Below, one piece after another: positions 18,534 through 28,224 of a stretch of 63,273 bases of DNA. The stretch is taken from positions 1 through 63,273 of IMG/VR virus record IMGVR_UViG_3300036770_005137, one strand, 5' to 3'. The DNA is from a virus (lineage: Duplodnaviria; Caudoviricetes). Each line of letters begins with the position of its first letter. Within the stretch, counting starts at the first letter, position 1. Below the pieces are notes generated by a model, which had not been told where the DNA came from, made no database searches, and was given only the letters and a program-made list of their open reading frames with translations. The position numbers and the translations under genes are program-made.

Positions 18534-19840
18534 AGATATTCTCTAAAAATAGGTTCTACCTCAACTAACTTTTCATTACGAAGCTTGTCTAATCCATTAG
18601 TATATCTTACAAAATGATCCCATTCAGCTTGGTAATAGCTGTCACTATTCATATAGTTTGTAACCCCTTTAACTATAGTCTCAGCTTGCTTGATAATATT
18701 CTTATCATAATTATTATCTTTGACCCATACTAAAAAATCATTAAATTTATTAGTAATGTCTAATTTTAGCTTATCAGGAAGAACCCTTACATTAAGGTGT
18801 TTAGGATGGTGTGCAACATGGTGTGTTACAATAGGTTTAGCTGCACTTGGATTTATTCTTTTAAATCCACTCTCTGATAGTTTCCATTTCATAAAATCCA
18901 CCATATGATTAACATTATAAGCAGTTACCGTAAAGGCTAGCCAACTAAAAATATTATTAGGCAGATTATCTAAAACTTGCAAATTACGTAATACTTTTTC
19001 CCATTTAGCTGGATTACGCTGGTATTCAATAATTGCTCCGTATCCGTCCACACTTGCTCCGACTCTAACCTGCTTGAAATGTTTCCATAAATTAGTAACA
19101 CGAGTAGGTAGTGTGCTCATGTTTGTATTGTATTCAACAATTATATGCCCAGCATGTCCTTTTTCTACACAACGTTCTAGAAAATCATAATGCCTTTCTA
19201 TTAGCATAGGTTCTCCTCCTGCGAAGTAGACATGCTCGATGTTATGTATATTTTCTTCTAATTGTTCCCAGAACGGTTCATACTCTGGCCAGTTAAATGC
19301 TTCTACTTGTAAGCCTTTTTTAGTTTCTACGATCTCCATAGTTCCAGATGTATCTTTAAACTTATTACTTCCAGTAAGAGCAATCCAATCATCATACCAT
19401 GCGCTGCTGTCTGTAGGACCACACATACGACATTTTAAGTTACAAAAATTTCCAAATCTTAAATCATAATAAACTATAGGAAAATCATTAAAATCAATAC
19501 TTCCATCTGACTTTGTTTTAGACTTGGCATCTTCTATAGTCAATTTCCAATTACGCTGTTCGTACTGTCTACGGCTGTTAAGCCCATTTTCTTCCTCACT
19601 TCGACAACGACCACATTCTTCATTCCACACACCTTCTAACATATTAAGGCGCATGGTTTTCATCATAGGTGTGTTACGTGAATCAACTAAAACATCATGC
19701 CCAGCATTATAGGCAGTTCCATCCTCTTTACGAATTACTCCTTGATTTTTAGTTACGTTAGCTTGACAGCAGACTCTTATATCACCGTTAGCCCTAATAG
19801 CTTGAAAATTCCAAGGAATAGGACAAAAAGTATCACTCAT
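18530..19840 (-). CDS. radical SAM protein with N-terminal Twitch domain
   Basis: CPIPW...RVCC...ECGRC; CNLKCRMC; AGGEP; YNTN. Confidence 0.9.
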   Translation of the reverse strand: MSDTFCPIPWNFQAIRANGDIRVCCQANVTKNQGVIRKEDGTAYNAGHDVLVDSRNTPMMKTMRLNMLEGVWNEECGRCRSEEENGLNSRRQYEQRNWKLTIEDAKSKTKSDGSIDFNDFPIVYYDLRFGNFCNLKCRMCGPTDSSAWYDDWIALTGSNKFKDTSGTMEIVETKKGLQVEAFNWPEYEPFWEQLEENIHNIEHVYFAGGEPMLIERHYDFLERCVEKGHAGHIIVEYNTNMSTLPTRVTNLWKHFKQVRVGASVDGYGAIIEYQRNPAKWEKVLRNLQVLDNLPNNIFSWLAFTVTAYNVNHMVDFMKWKLSESGFKRINPSAAKPIVTHHVAHHPKHLNVRVLPDKLKLDITNKFNDFLVWVKDNNYDKNIIKQAETIVKGVTNYMNSDSYYQAEWDHFVRYTNGLDKLRNEKLVEVEPIFREYL

Positions 19841-20681
19841 AATATTGTTTTAATTTTTTCATAGTGTTTGGTAATTGCTCTACTGCCCAATCTCTTTCTA
19901 AACACCAAAAACAAGCTCCACAAACAGGAACATCCATACCCGGAGTATATGCTTCTAAAGACGGTATTACAGGATTTATATGGTTACCATCATTTATATC
20001 ACCTTCACAACCTCTTGTAGTATTGAATAAATCCTCTGCTCCATGTATGAAATATTGTGCAACGATCCAGTCTTTTTGTACAAAACGATATGGGTGTATA
20101 AACCATGTTCCTTTATCTTGATACATAATATCTTTTAGTCTGCCTTGTTCAGCAGTTTTATCTCGTTCTTTCATCCGGTTAGCCCAAAGTTCATCTTGAG
20201 GATTCATACTAGTTGCATTGAAGATAGCGCTGAGTTTTAATTTATAAGCTATATAGCTATTAAAACTAGATCCTTCGATTTGATCTCCGCTACGGCCATT
20301 AATTATAGGCCCTATAACACCATACTCTAATTCAGGAGGAATATAATTTGTATACCTTTTTGAAATAATATCCGGGAACATAGACTTAAGTTTTTCATAG
20401 ACCTCAATTCCTTTTGGTTCTTGCCATGGCCGAGTAGTCCAACACCGTATAAATGTAATGATATTAATTTTACATTTATAATTATTTTCCTTAATAATTT
20501 TACAAAGTAATAAACACAAACTAGAACTATCTGCTCCACCAGAAATATTAATACCAATTTGCTTCCATTTAGGGTTAAATGGAATATCTAATCCGCAAAT
20601 TCTATGCAATATAAAATCATCGGCATCATCTGGAAAATATTTATAAAGCTCTTTATATAAAGAATTTGATACTTCAAACAT
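19833..20681 (-). CDS. PP-loop (adenine nucleotide alpha-hydrolase) ATPase, QueC-like
   Basis: PP-loop SGGADSS; TRGCEG and C-terminal CGACFWCLER metal-binding motif. Confidence 0.75.
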   Translation of the reverse strand: MFEVSNSLYKELYKYFPDDADDFILHRICGLDIPFNPKWKQIGINISGGADSSSLCLLLCKIIKENNYKCKINIITFIRCWTTRPWQEPKGIEVYEKLKSMFPDIISKRYTNYIPPELEYGVIGPIINGRSGDQIEGSSFNSYIAYKLKLSAIFNATSMNPQDELWANRMKERDKTAEQGRLKDIMYQDKGTWFIHPYRFVQKDWIVAQYFIHGAEDLFNTTRGCEGDINDGNHINPVIPSLEAYTPGMDVPVCGACFWCLERDWAVEQLPNTMKKLKQYYE

Positions 20682-22089
20682 TTTTTACCCTTTCAATTTT
20701 TCCGTTAATTAGCTTGTAGTTTACCATATAATCATTAAAATTTTGTTTCCAAATTTCATCTGTTTTTCTAACATATGTTTCAAAACTTTTTACTACTTGC
20801 TCATTTGTAATTATTTCCCAGCCATTAAGCCCTGGCTTTTTTAAATTACGATCCTTTGCCACTTTTCCTAGATCGGTATTTAAAGAGTAAGTCTTAATAT
20901 CATTAAGAGCAGTGCGAGCCTTTTCTATATCTCTAAACACACCTCCGTTATAAGATAATCTTCCAAGTTCATTTGCAAGTATTCGTCTTCTTTGTTCTTG
21001 ATTTATAATAGCCTCGACTTCAAGAAAATCTTGAATCAGATAATCTTTAAAATTGACATTCATTAAGGCAGGATTTAAATATATTGGACTATAAACCATA
21101 GAAGCATCTATGCTCACAAAATCAAGTTGTAAAAGTGAATTAAAAATATTAGGTAAATCCATCATTTGGTAAGCACTTGTTGTAATAACTGCTGTCAAGT
21201 GCATTTTCTTATTAGAAGCAACCGATCTAAATGTGTCTATATTATCTTTTAATTTTTCCCAATCACCTGTTCTAAAATAGGGATAGATATTAGTTCCAGC
21301 ATCAACACTAATATGTATTATGGTCATTGCAAAAGGTTCTAAAAGTTCAGATAATTCTTTTGGATTAAAATTTGCATTAAAATTTGTATGAAAACCTATG
21401 AACAACTTATCGGCATTAGGGTGACTTGCCAATAACTTTAAAAAGTAAAAAAATTGCTTTTGATTTAAAACTTCGCCTCCGGCAAATTCTACTTTTTCTA
21501 AACCAATCGCATATTCACACAGATCGTCAACAATTTCTTTAACTTGATCTAAACTTATTTCTAGCTCACCTTTATCATCTTCACTAGATCGATGTTCTGT
21601 GCGTAGTAATTGTTTTAAATCATAAAATTTAACTTCTTCATCTGGCTGATAAAATTTTAATTTACTAATCCATCCGCTAGAATAAACAGTGCTACAATGC
21701 CTACAAGCCATATTACAACTATTACCAAAACGTATTTCTACATGCTTTAATCCTCTTTGGTATGACTCTCCGGGCAACGACCAAGTTCCATTTGTTTCTC
21801 TGGGATCTCCTATATAAAGAGACATATCAGGCTCGTAATCTTGTCTCATTGAAGTGCTACCAATACTTTCAGGCTCTTTACACAGATGACAACCACTACT
21901 CCATTTACCGCTCATCATCTCTAAACGATGATTTCTAAATCCTTCTGAATTAAAAATTTCGCTTGGCTTAATAGCTTTTTCTATTCGAAACAACTGATCA
22001 GGATTTTGAGGGCAACTTGTGGCAAAGCCATTTTTGTAATTAATACCATGCAGTGTAAAATAACACTTTATTGGTTGTTTAGCTTCCAT
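20674..22089 (-). CDS. radical SAM protein with divergent N-terminal Twitch domain
   Basis: N-terminal CYF...SCP...GCHLC; CNMACRHC; AGGE; HTN. Confidence 0.88.
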   Translation of the reverse strand: MEAKQPIKCYFTLHGINYKNGFATSCPQNPDQLFRIEKAIKPSEIFNSEGFRNHRLEMMSGKWSSGCHLCKEPESIGSTSMRQDYEPDMSLYIGDPRETNGTWSLPGESYQRGLKHVEIRFGNSCNMACRHCSTVYSSGWISKLKFYQPDEEVKFYDLKQLLRTEHRSSEDDKGELEISLDQVKEIVDDLCEYAIGLEKVEFAGGEVLNQKQFFYFLKLLASHPNADKLFIGFHTNFNANFNPKELSELLEPFAMTIIHISVDAGTNIYPYFRTGDWEKLKDNIDTFRSVASNKKMHLTAVITTSAYQMMDLPNIFNSLLQLDFVSIDASMVYSPIYLNPALMNVNFKDYLIQDFLEVEAIINQEQRRRILANELGRLSYNGGVFRDIEKARTALNDIKTYSLNTDLGKVAKDRNLKKPGLNGWEIITNEQVVKSFETYVRKTDEIWKQNFNDYMVNYKLINGKIERVKNV

Positions 22090-23485
22090 TAAAAATATCC
22101 TTCATTTCAGGAAAAGTATTATAAAAACTTATACTTCTATGCTGATCCAATTTTTCTAAATATTCTTTCATTTCTGGTAACCGCATACTCCAGTCTTCAC
22201 TTTCCATAAACTTTAACATACCCTCCAACCTATCTAATCCATACCCTGCTTTTAACCACTTTTCCTTGGTAATTTTTCCCTTGTGCCATTCCGGAACGCC
22301 TAGTTCCCAATTAGCTTCCCACCATGGATAAAATTCTTCAAACTTACGACGACATTCTGCTTTAAACCACTTAGGCAAAACTTTAACATTTAAATGAGGT
22401 GGATGATAAACAAAATGATAATTTATACCACCTGCACCAAAGGGAAACATGTTGACTTTCTTAAATCCTTGAGTTAGTTTCCATTTAAGAAAGTCTGGCA
22501 AATAATAAATGTTTAGTGCTTGAACTGCACAAGCAATAGTAACTTCAACATTATCAGAAGTCTCTCTATCTAATATATGAAAAACTTCCTCAGTCCTACT
22601 CCATTTACTAGGATAACGAATGTATTCATTCATTTCTCCTATACTATCAACACTATAATGAAACCTAACAATTTTAAAATGCTTCCACAGATCAAACAAG
22701 TCATCTCGCCATTCTACACCGTTACTATTATAACGAATTTCTAATTTAGAAGCATGACCTTGTCTAATTACTTCTTCTAGTATAGCATAATGCTCTTCAA
22801 TTATCAAGCTCTCTCCGCCAGCGAAATATAGTTGCTGCATATGAGGAATTTGTTCATAAAACTGCTGCCAAAAAACTGGATTATTTTTATGCCAATTATA
22901 ACTACTGCCGTTTATACTGCCTTTATTATTCCATTGCCAAGTTTCTCTTAAACTCTTATTTTCCAATTGAGGATATACTGCCTGCCATTCTTTGATCCAT
23001 CCACTGCTATCATGAGGACTGCACATTACACAGGCTAATTGACATTTGGTTCCAAAACGTAAATCAATATAGCTAACTTTAGGAGGAATACTACCATCTG
23101 GCGCAGTATCAGCCATTAACTGATCTACACTGACCCTTTCACTCCAATACTTTGTTTCCCATTGTCGTTTGCTATTATGACCTGCACGTTCTTCAACAAA
23201 ACATTTCTTACAACTAGGAGGCTCTTCACCATTTATCATTTGCAATCTTACATTCTTCATGTAGGTGCTGTTCCAGCTGCTTAAAAAGTCTGCTACATTA
23301 AGATTACTAGGACGTCCTTCTTCATCTTTTAAAACACCTATCATACCCCCATGGCTTTTATCATTAGTGGGTCCTACACTGCTTGCATTAGCAGTGCAAC
23401 ATACCCTCATACTACCATCTGGCCTAGTAGATAAATGAATCCAAGGAAGTATACAAAAGGTTTTAGAAGGGTAGTTAGTTGTCAT
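22079..23485 (-). CDS. radical SAM protein with N-terminal Twitch domain
   Basis: CILPWIHL...RVCC...SCKKC; CQLACVMC; AGGE; YNSNG. Confidence 0.9.
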   Translation of the reverse strand: MTTNYPSKTFCILPWIHLSTRPDGSMRVCCTANASSVGPTNDKSHGGMIGVLKDEEGRPSNLNVADFLSSWNSTYMKNVRLQMINGEEPPSCKKCFVEERAGHNSKRQWETKYWSERVSVDQLMADTAPDGSIPPKVSYIDLRFGTKCQLACVMCSPHDSSGWIKEWQAVYPQLENKSLRETWQWNNKGSINGSSYNWHKNNPVFWQQFYEQIPHMQQLYFAGGESLIIEEHYAILEEVIRQGHASKLEIRYNSNGVEWRDDLFDLWKHFKIVRFHYSVDSIGEMNEYIRYPSKWSRTEEVFHILDRETSDNVEVTIACAVQALNIYYLPDFLKWKLTQGFKKVNMFPFGAGGINYHFVYHPPHLNVKVLPKWFKAECRRKFEEFYPWWEANWELGVPEWHKGKITKEKWLKAGYGLDRLEGMLKFMESEDWSMRLPEMKEYLEKLDQHRSISFYNTFPEMKDIFNGS

Positions 23486-24648
23486 TTAAATTGTTCCGTA
23501 AAAGCATCATATTTAGCCCCACAAGTCTTGGCACAAATAGATAATTTTCCATCTGCACAACTTGGTTTATCCCAACTTTCTGGAATATATTTTTGAAAAA
23601 ACAAACCATTTACAATAGTTTCTAGGTCAACGTTTATAGCATTAAGGTTTTCTTTTCCTGCTTGGTCAATTAAATTCCAAATTTGAGTGGACCTCGGGGT
23701 ATGATACCAAACATACATCTGACCTGCTGTCCAACAACAAGGTTGAACTATGCCTTCTGCACTAATATATAGACTTTTTTCCTCTGCGACTTTACACTTA
23801 ATTGTAGCTTCATCCCAAACTTTTTCAATTGGTTTTTTCTTTGCAGGATCTTTGTGAAAAAACTGCGGATACATTTCAATATCTTTTGCTTTGCTAGGAA
23901 TAATTTTTACAGATTCTTCACCTTTGGCAAATTTGCTTATTTCATCTAATACGCTATTACGGTATTTTGGATTTTTAGGCGCAGATAAAAGAGCAGTAGC
24001 AACACCTTTACGATTTCCTGCCTGATGCATTTCTTTAGTAACACCGCTTACATTACTAAAAAATCGAGCACTTTTTTTATACTGGAATTTCTCAAAACCC
24101 ATTTTCTTACTTAAAGCTTCTGCTGCTTCAACTTGGTGTTCATTATGGGCAAATACTATATAATCCCAACGAGCTCTGCCTCCTGCATCAATAAAAGCTT
24201 GAGCATTTTCCATTATCTTTGGCCATATAGTATTTTGCCTATACAGATGATTTGTATCTTCTAAACCATCTACACTGAAAATAACGTATCCTTTTCTACC
24301 TATAACTCGTGCTAAATTAGCCCACCATTCAGGTTTTTTGGCACTGCCATTTGTATGCATACTTAGATTAATCTGACTATTGTTTTCTCTAAAATATGAA
24401 AATACTTCTAATGTATCTTTGGCAGCTATTGGATCTCCGTAATTGCCGCACATATACAATCTATCCAGTTGTTTAATAAAATCTATAGAAAAAATTCTTT
24501 TCACATCTGTGATTGACAGCTCTGTTTGAGGAAGCTGAGGATTATCTTCTCCCCCATTTATATTACGAGCACACATTGGACAGGCAGCGTTACATTTATC
24601 TGTAATTTCTAAATGAACCGTCTTGATTTCATTGTATTTGTATAACAT
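23482..24648 (-). CDS. radical SAM protein with C-terminal SPASM/Twitch domain
   Basis: CNAACPMC, CGNYGDP, HTNG; C-terminal KC...PCCW...CAKTC. Confidence 0.9.
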   Translation of the reverse strand: MLYKYNEIKTVHLEITDKCNAACPMCARNINGGEDNPQLPQTELSITDVKRIFSIDFIKQLDRLYMCGNYGDPIAAKDTLEVFSYFRENNSQINLSMHTNGSAKKPEWWANLARVIGRKGYVIFSVDGLEDTNHLYRQNTIWPKIMENAQAFIDAGGRARWDYIVFAHNEHQVEAAEALSKKMGFEKFQYKKSARFFSNVSGVTKEMHQAGNRKGVATALLSAPKNPKYRNSVLDEISKFAKGEESVKIIPSKAKDIEMYPQFFHKDPAKKKPIEKVWDEATIKCKVAEEKSLYISAEGIVQPCCWTAGQMYVWYHTPRSTQIWNLIDQAGKENLNAINVDLETIVNGLFFQKYIPESWDKPSCADGKLSICAKTCGAKYDAFTEQFK

Positions 24649-24872
24649 TATTCCATTACTAACTTAATATCTTTTCCTGGGCCAACCTTACTTGGTAAGT
24701 CTCCGTATTTTTCTATATAATCTTTTATAACAACCTTATACCAATTTTGACTATTATGATAGGCTTGTGAATTAAATTTATAGATATTATTATTCGTTGC
24801 TTCTATTGTAGATAATGCACGGGCTGCTTCTTTTTGCAAATCTCTTAATTCTAATTTATCAATGTCAATCAT
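24648..24872 (-). CDS. small hypothetical protein
   Basis: 74 aa, overlapping both neighbours (ATGA and TAATG couplings). Confidence 0.7.
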   Translation of the reverse strand: MIDIDKLELRDLQKEAARALSTIEATNNNIYKFNSQAYHNSQNWYKVVIKDYIEKYGDLPSKVGPGKDIKLVME

Positions 24873-26632
24873 GGTCTACCAATAAGCATTACACGCTTAT
24901 ATCCTTTAAGCTGAAGCTCGCCCTCAAATAAAATTTCTTTCATAGGAAATTTTTTCTTTAAATGATCAATACTATACACACAGTTTACATGTTCTTCAAT
25001 ATCAAACAGATTATTACTTTGCATAGCAACAATTGGGTTCGATTCTAATTCCTTAAACCTAATCTGATTAAACCATTCTTCAGTCATATGCTCTGCACTT
25101 GTATTAATAATTAAGTCAGGTAAAAATTTTTCGAGATATGCTGTTCCTTCTTTAAAATTTTCAATATTTAACTCATAACCATTTTTATGTAAAGTTAAGC
25201 TATTAATATCTGCACAGACACTCTTGACCTTATACTCTTCTAAGTTACTTAAATTAAAAATATAGTCACTTACATTACAAGAAAAACGATCAATATCCAC
25301 TATACGCATTTTATTGTAAGTTAATAAGTTATTATAAATTGATTTAATTTGCCCGAACCATCCTGCTAATACAAGAACATTTGCAAAATGAGAATTTATT
25401 TTTGTTAGTTCTTCGACTAACCAAATCTTACTTTTTATTTGACTTCTACTAAACGCATCATTTATAAAACTTTGATCATAATTGCTTTTTATATATACAT
25501 TTATTCCTCTAAAAATTTTATCACTTAAAAACTTCCTATCAAGCATGGCAAGATTTGAACTTATAACTTCTTTTTCGAAATCATTAGCTTCTACAGCCCT
25601 ATGAAGTGCCATAGACAAACTAGCCATAGAATCGTGATCTTCTTTAGTAACTTTTCCTAAATAAAGCAATAAAGCTCTAATACTGATTAATCTGTTTTCT
25701 TTTAAACATCCATGTATTAAATCTTTTACCTCTGTCGTTAAATCTTGCTCTACCTTTAAAATCATTTGCAACATTATTTGATACACAGAACTAAAATCTT
25801 TACACTTTTTAATTGCAAAAGCGAACCAAGATAAGTCCGCATTTTTTTCAGACTTACCTATAAATTCTAATATAAATGAATAAAAATCCTTTTCTATTTT
25901 AATGACAGAAAATATTAGATCTTTTTGTTCCTGTGTAATCTTTTCACTACTACCTACATAATGCAATAATGTCTTGTATACTTGAAAAGATCCATCTGAC
26001 TTTACTTGTGCAAATATTAGGTCTTTTTGTTCTTGAGTGATTTTTTCACTTTTTCCAATATACTGTAGCAGTGATTTAAAGAAGCTTTCTTTATCATTGC
26101 CTTTAAGTTGTGAAAATATAAGGTCTTTTTGTTCTTGACTAATAATTCCTTCATGTCCAATAAACTGTAAAACAAACTTAAAAGCATTTTCATTTATTTT
26201 AACCAATTTTGAAAAATGAAAAATCAAATCTTTAAAGTAAGAACTGCCTTCTGTCTCGTCGCTACAAAACTTTAACACTTTGGATTTAAACTGGTTAATA
26301 TCGTCAGCCTTCAACAATGCAAAAATTAAAGTTGTTAAATTTTGATTCTTTACTGATGTTTTTGCTAGATAATGTAGCAATACTGTTCTTAGCTGATCTT
26401 GCGTTTCTGCTCGTATGGAACCATGAGTTAAGTCAGCTAAATTAACATTATTCTCTGCTAATTCAGTAGTGAAATCTTGAAGGAAAGATACAGTTACAGA
26501 TTCTTTGGCATTTTCAGAATCAATTGTTCTGCTAAGAGAATGTATGTTCTCGGCCAATCTGTCAAATTTTAAAAATCTCAAATACTCTTCTATACCTAAG
26601 AAGAATTCAGAACTTGTTGTGCTTTCAGCCAT
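24869..26632 (-). CDS. helical-repeat protein fused to a C-terminal class I methyltransferase-like domain
   Basis: C-terminal SQIKSKIWL, VLVLAGWFG, IVDID, INTSAEHM and QSNN; internal 34-aa repeats. The start is probably the ATG at 26632 after GAGG (the track start is 26644). Confidence 0.65.
   Translation of the reverse strand: MAESTTSSEFFLGIEEYLRFLKFDRLAENIHSLSRTIDSENAKESVTVSFLQDFTTELAENNVNLADLTHGSIRAETQDQLRTVLLHYLAKTSVKNQNLTTLIFALLKADDINQFKSKVLKFCSDETEGSSYFKDLIFHFSKLVKINENAFKFVLQFIGHEGIISQEQKDLIFSQLKGNDKESFFKSLLQYIGKSEKITQEQKDLIFAQVKSDGSFQVYKTLLHYVGSSEKITQEQKDLIFSVIKIEKDFYSFILEFIGKSEKNADLSWFAFAIKKCKDFSSVYQIMLQMILKVEQDLTTEVKDLIHGCLKENRLISIRALLLYLGKVTKEDHDSMASLSMALHRAVEANDFEKEVISSNLAMLDRKFLSDKIFRGINVYIKSNYDQSFINDAFSRSQIKSKIWLVEELTKINSHFANVLVLAGWFGQIKSIYNNLLTYNKMRIVDIDRFSCNVSDYIFNLSNLEEYKVKSVCADINSLTLHKNGYELNIENFKEGTAYLEKFLPDLIINTSAEHMTEEWFNQIRFKELESNPIVAMQSNNLFDIEEHVNCVYSIDHLKKKFPMKEILFEGELQLKGYKRVMLIGRP
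25911..26170 (-). repeat. intragenic tandem repeat, 102 bp (34 aa) period, at least 3 copies
   Basis: TCTTTTTGTTC at 25920, 26022 and 26124; the peptide QEQKDLIF recurs three times. Confidence 0.85.
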
Positions 26633-27302
26633 ATGTTTCCTCAAACATTTTTTTTAACCATTCAAAATCATTAATTTTCTTTAGATTATCAATATTATTT
26701 CTATTCTTTAATCCGTATTTTTTACCTTCTAATGCACCATTTATACAATACTCTCCATGCAAACGATCTTTTCCTAAATTGCACCATGCATTTAGCCTCT
26801 CATTAGTTTCGTCGTTCTTTTGTCTATCTATTACTTTACTTGCTAATTTACAGCATTCTCTAAAAGAACTTTTCCACGTATTAAACGGATCAGTATTAAA
26901 TGATGTAATATTACTAACTTCAAAAATTGGTTTAAACTTTTGACTTATGCTTGTAGTCATATCGGGTTTAGACAAATCCATGTTTATTGTCATTGATCTT
27001 GGCAGTAACTTCACTCCACCATTTCCATAAACTAAATCATTTACAGGATTTTGACTACGCCATACATATACTGTATCTCGTATAAAAGTTCTATAATCAA
27101 AATTAAATTCCTCAAGAATTTTGGCATCACCGTCTACTACCCAAAACATATCAGTATGGCATAACTTTGCTGCTTGTATGTGTGCTTGATGTATGCCTTT
27201 CACTCCATGAACTCTTATAGCAGTAGGAAATCTATTTTTTAAATCATTCCAATTTTCATCTGCGTTAATTTCTTGATAACTTATGAACACAATATCAAAC
27301 AT
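26625..27302 (-). CDS. glycosyltransferase-like (GT-A, DxD) protein
   Basis: FISYQE, VHGVKG, VDGD, YGNGGVK and WKSSFRECCK; paralogue of 27295-28224. Confidence 0.65.
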   Translation of the reverse strand: MFDIVFISYQEINADENWNDLKNRFPTAIRVHGVKGIHQAHIQAAKLCHTDMFWVVDGDAKILEEFNFDYRTFIRDTVYVWRSQNPVNDLVYGNGGVKLLPRSMTINMDLSKPDMTTSISQKFKPIFEVSNITSFNTDPFNTWKSSFRECCKLASKVIDRQKNDETNERLNAWCNLGKDRLHGEYCINGALEGKKYGLKNRNNIDNLKKINDFEWLKKMFEETYG

Positions 27303-28224
27303 TTTCTACAACCCAATCATTAGACATTCTAGGAGGATTAGTATATAATGCCTTAAAAAATTTACTTTGGTCCGAGTCCATTATTCCTGGGCCTGTTAGT
27401 ATACCAAGCTTTTGTTTTAACATTTCCCCTAGTCTTTTTATTTCACCTTCGAGACTAAAATTTGTTTCGTTACTAACATTTTCAAAAATTTCATTAAGTG
27501 TATCAAATGTTCTAACATTTAAATAATCCCAATCAGTGAGCATGGTCATATAGCAACCTAATCTTGCACCGTAAATTGCCCATAACCCATTTTCAACATC
27601 ACTGCCTACATTCATCCAAGTAACTAATCTATGATAGTTTTTCCAGTGCACCTGCTTATCAAATGGTTTATCTAATGTTGGTTTAATCCCTTCCATTAGA
27701 CACATTTTAACACCTTCTCTAAAACCAGCCCTCCAAGCTTGTCTAGAGCTGGCGTTATTATGAACCCAACTCATCCATTGCTTCATCTGTAGGTATTTTA
27801 TTTCCCAACAAAAGTCAACTTGAGTTTTTTCATTTTCTGCCTCTGCATTTTCGTGCGTCCTCATATCTAAAACTAATTGTGTAGGCCAATTTTTGATACT
27901 GCCATTTCCGTATATTAAACCATTGATAACATTACAAGCAGGAAAAGATAGAACACAATTTGATAATTCTGCATGATCATGAAATTCTATAACTTGATCC
28001 ATGAGTGCCGAATTAACAATATTATCGCCATCAATAATCGTAACACGTTCTGTTTCAGCTAATCTAGCACAGGCTTTGTGTGCGCTGTCACTACCTTTTA
28101 CACCGTCGACACGTTTAGCCCAAGGAAACTTCTTTTTTAAATCAGCATAGTTACGTTCTTTATTTGGTTCGTCGTAACTTAAAAAAATCAAATCACAATC
28201 TACTAGCTTAATTCTTTGTGTCAT
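27295..28224 (-). CDS. glycosyltransferase-like (GT-A, DxD) protein
   Basis: FLSYDE, VDGVKG, IDGDN, YGNGSIK and WRAGFREGVK. Confidence 0.65.
   Translation of the reverse strand: MTQRIKLVDCDLIFLSYDEPNKERNYADLKKKFPWAKRVDGVKGSDSAHKACARLAETERVTIIDGDNIVNSALMDQVIEFHDHAELSNCVLSFPACNVINGLIYGNGSIKNWPTQLVLDMRTHENAEAENEKTQVDFCWEIKYLQMKQWMSWVHNNASSRQAWRAGFREGVKMCLMEGIKPTLDKPFDKQVHWKNYHRLVTWMNVGSDVENGLWAIYGARLGCYMTMLTDWDYLNVRTFDTLNEIFENVSNETNFSLEGEIKRLGEMLKQKLGILTGPGIMDSDQSKFFKALYTNPPRMSNDWVVENV

Noticed and set aside
17829-20681. 7-deazaguanine DNA modification (QueC plus QueE)
   Set aside because: The short radical SAM looks like half of a split SPASM-type enzyme rather than QueE, and no folE, queD or dpdA is seen. 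It cannot be excluded without the rest of the genome.
10989-24872. Classical RiPP cluster
   Set aside because: There is no convincing leader-core precursor, PqqD/RRE domain, peptidase or exporter, and the neighbours are sugar enzymes.
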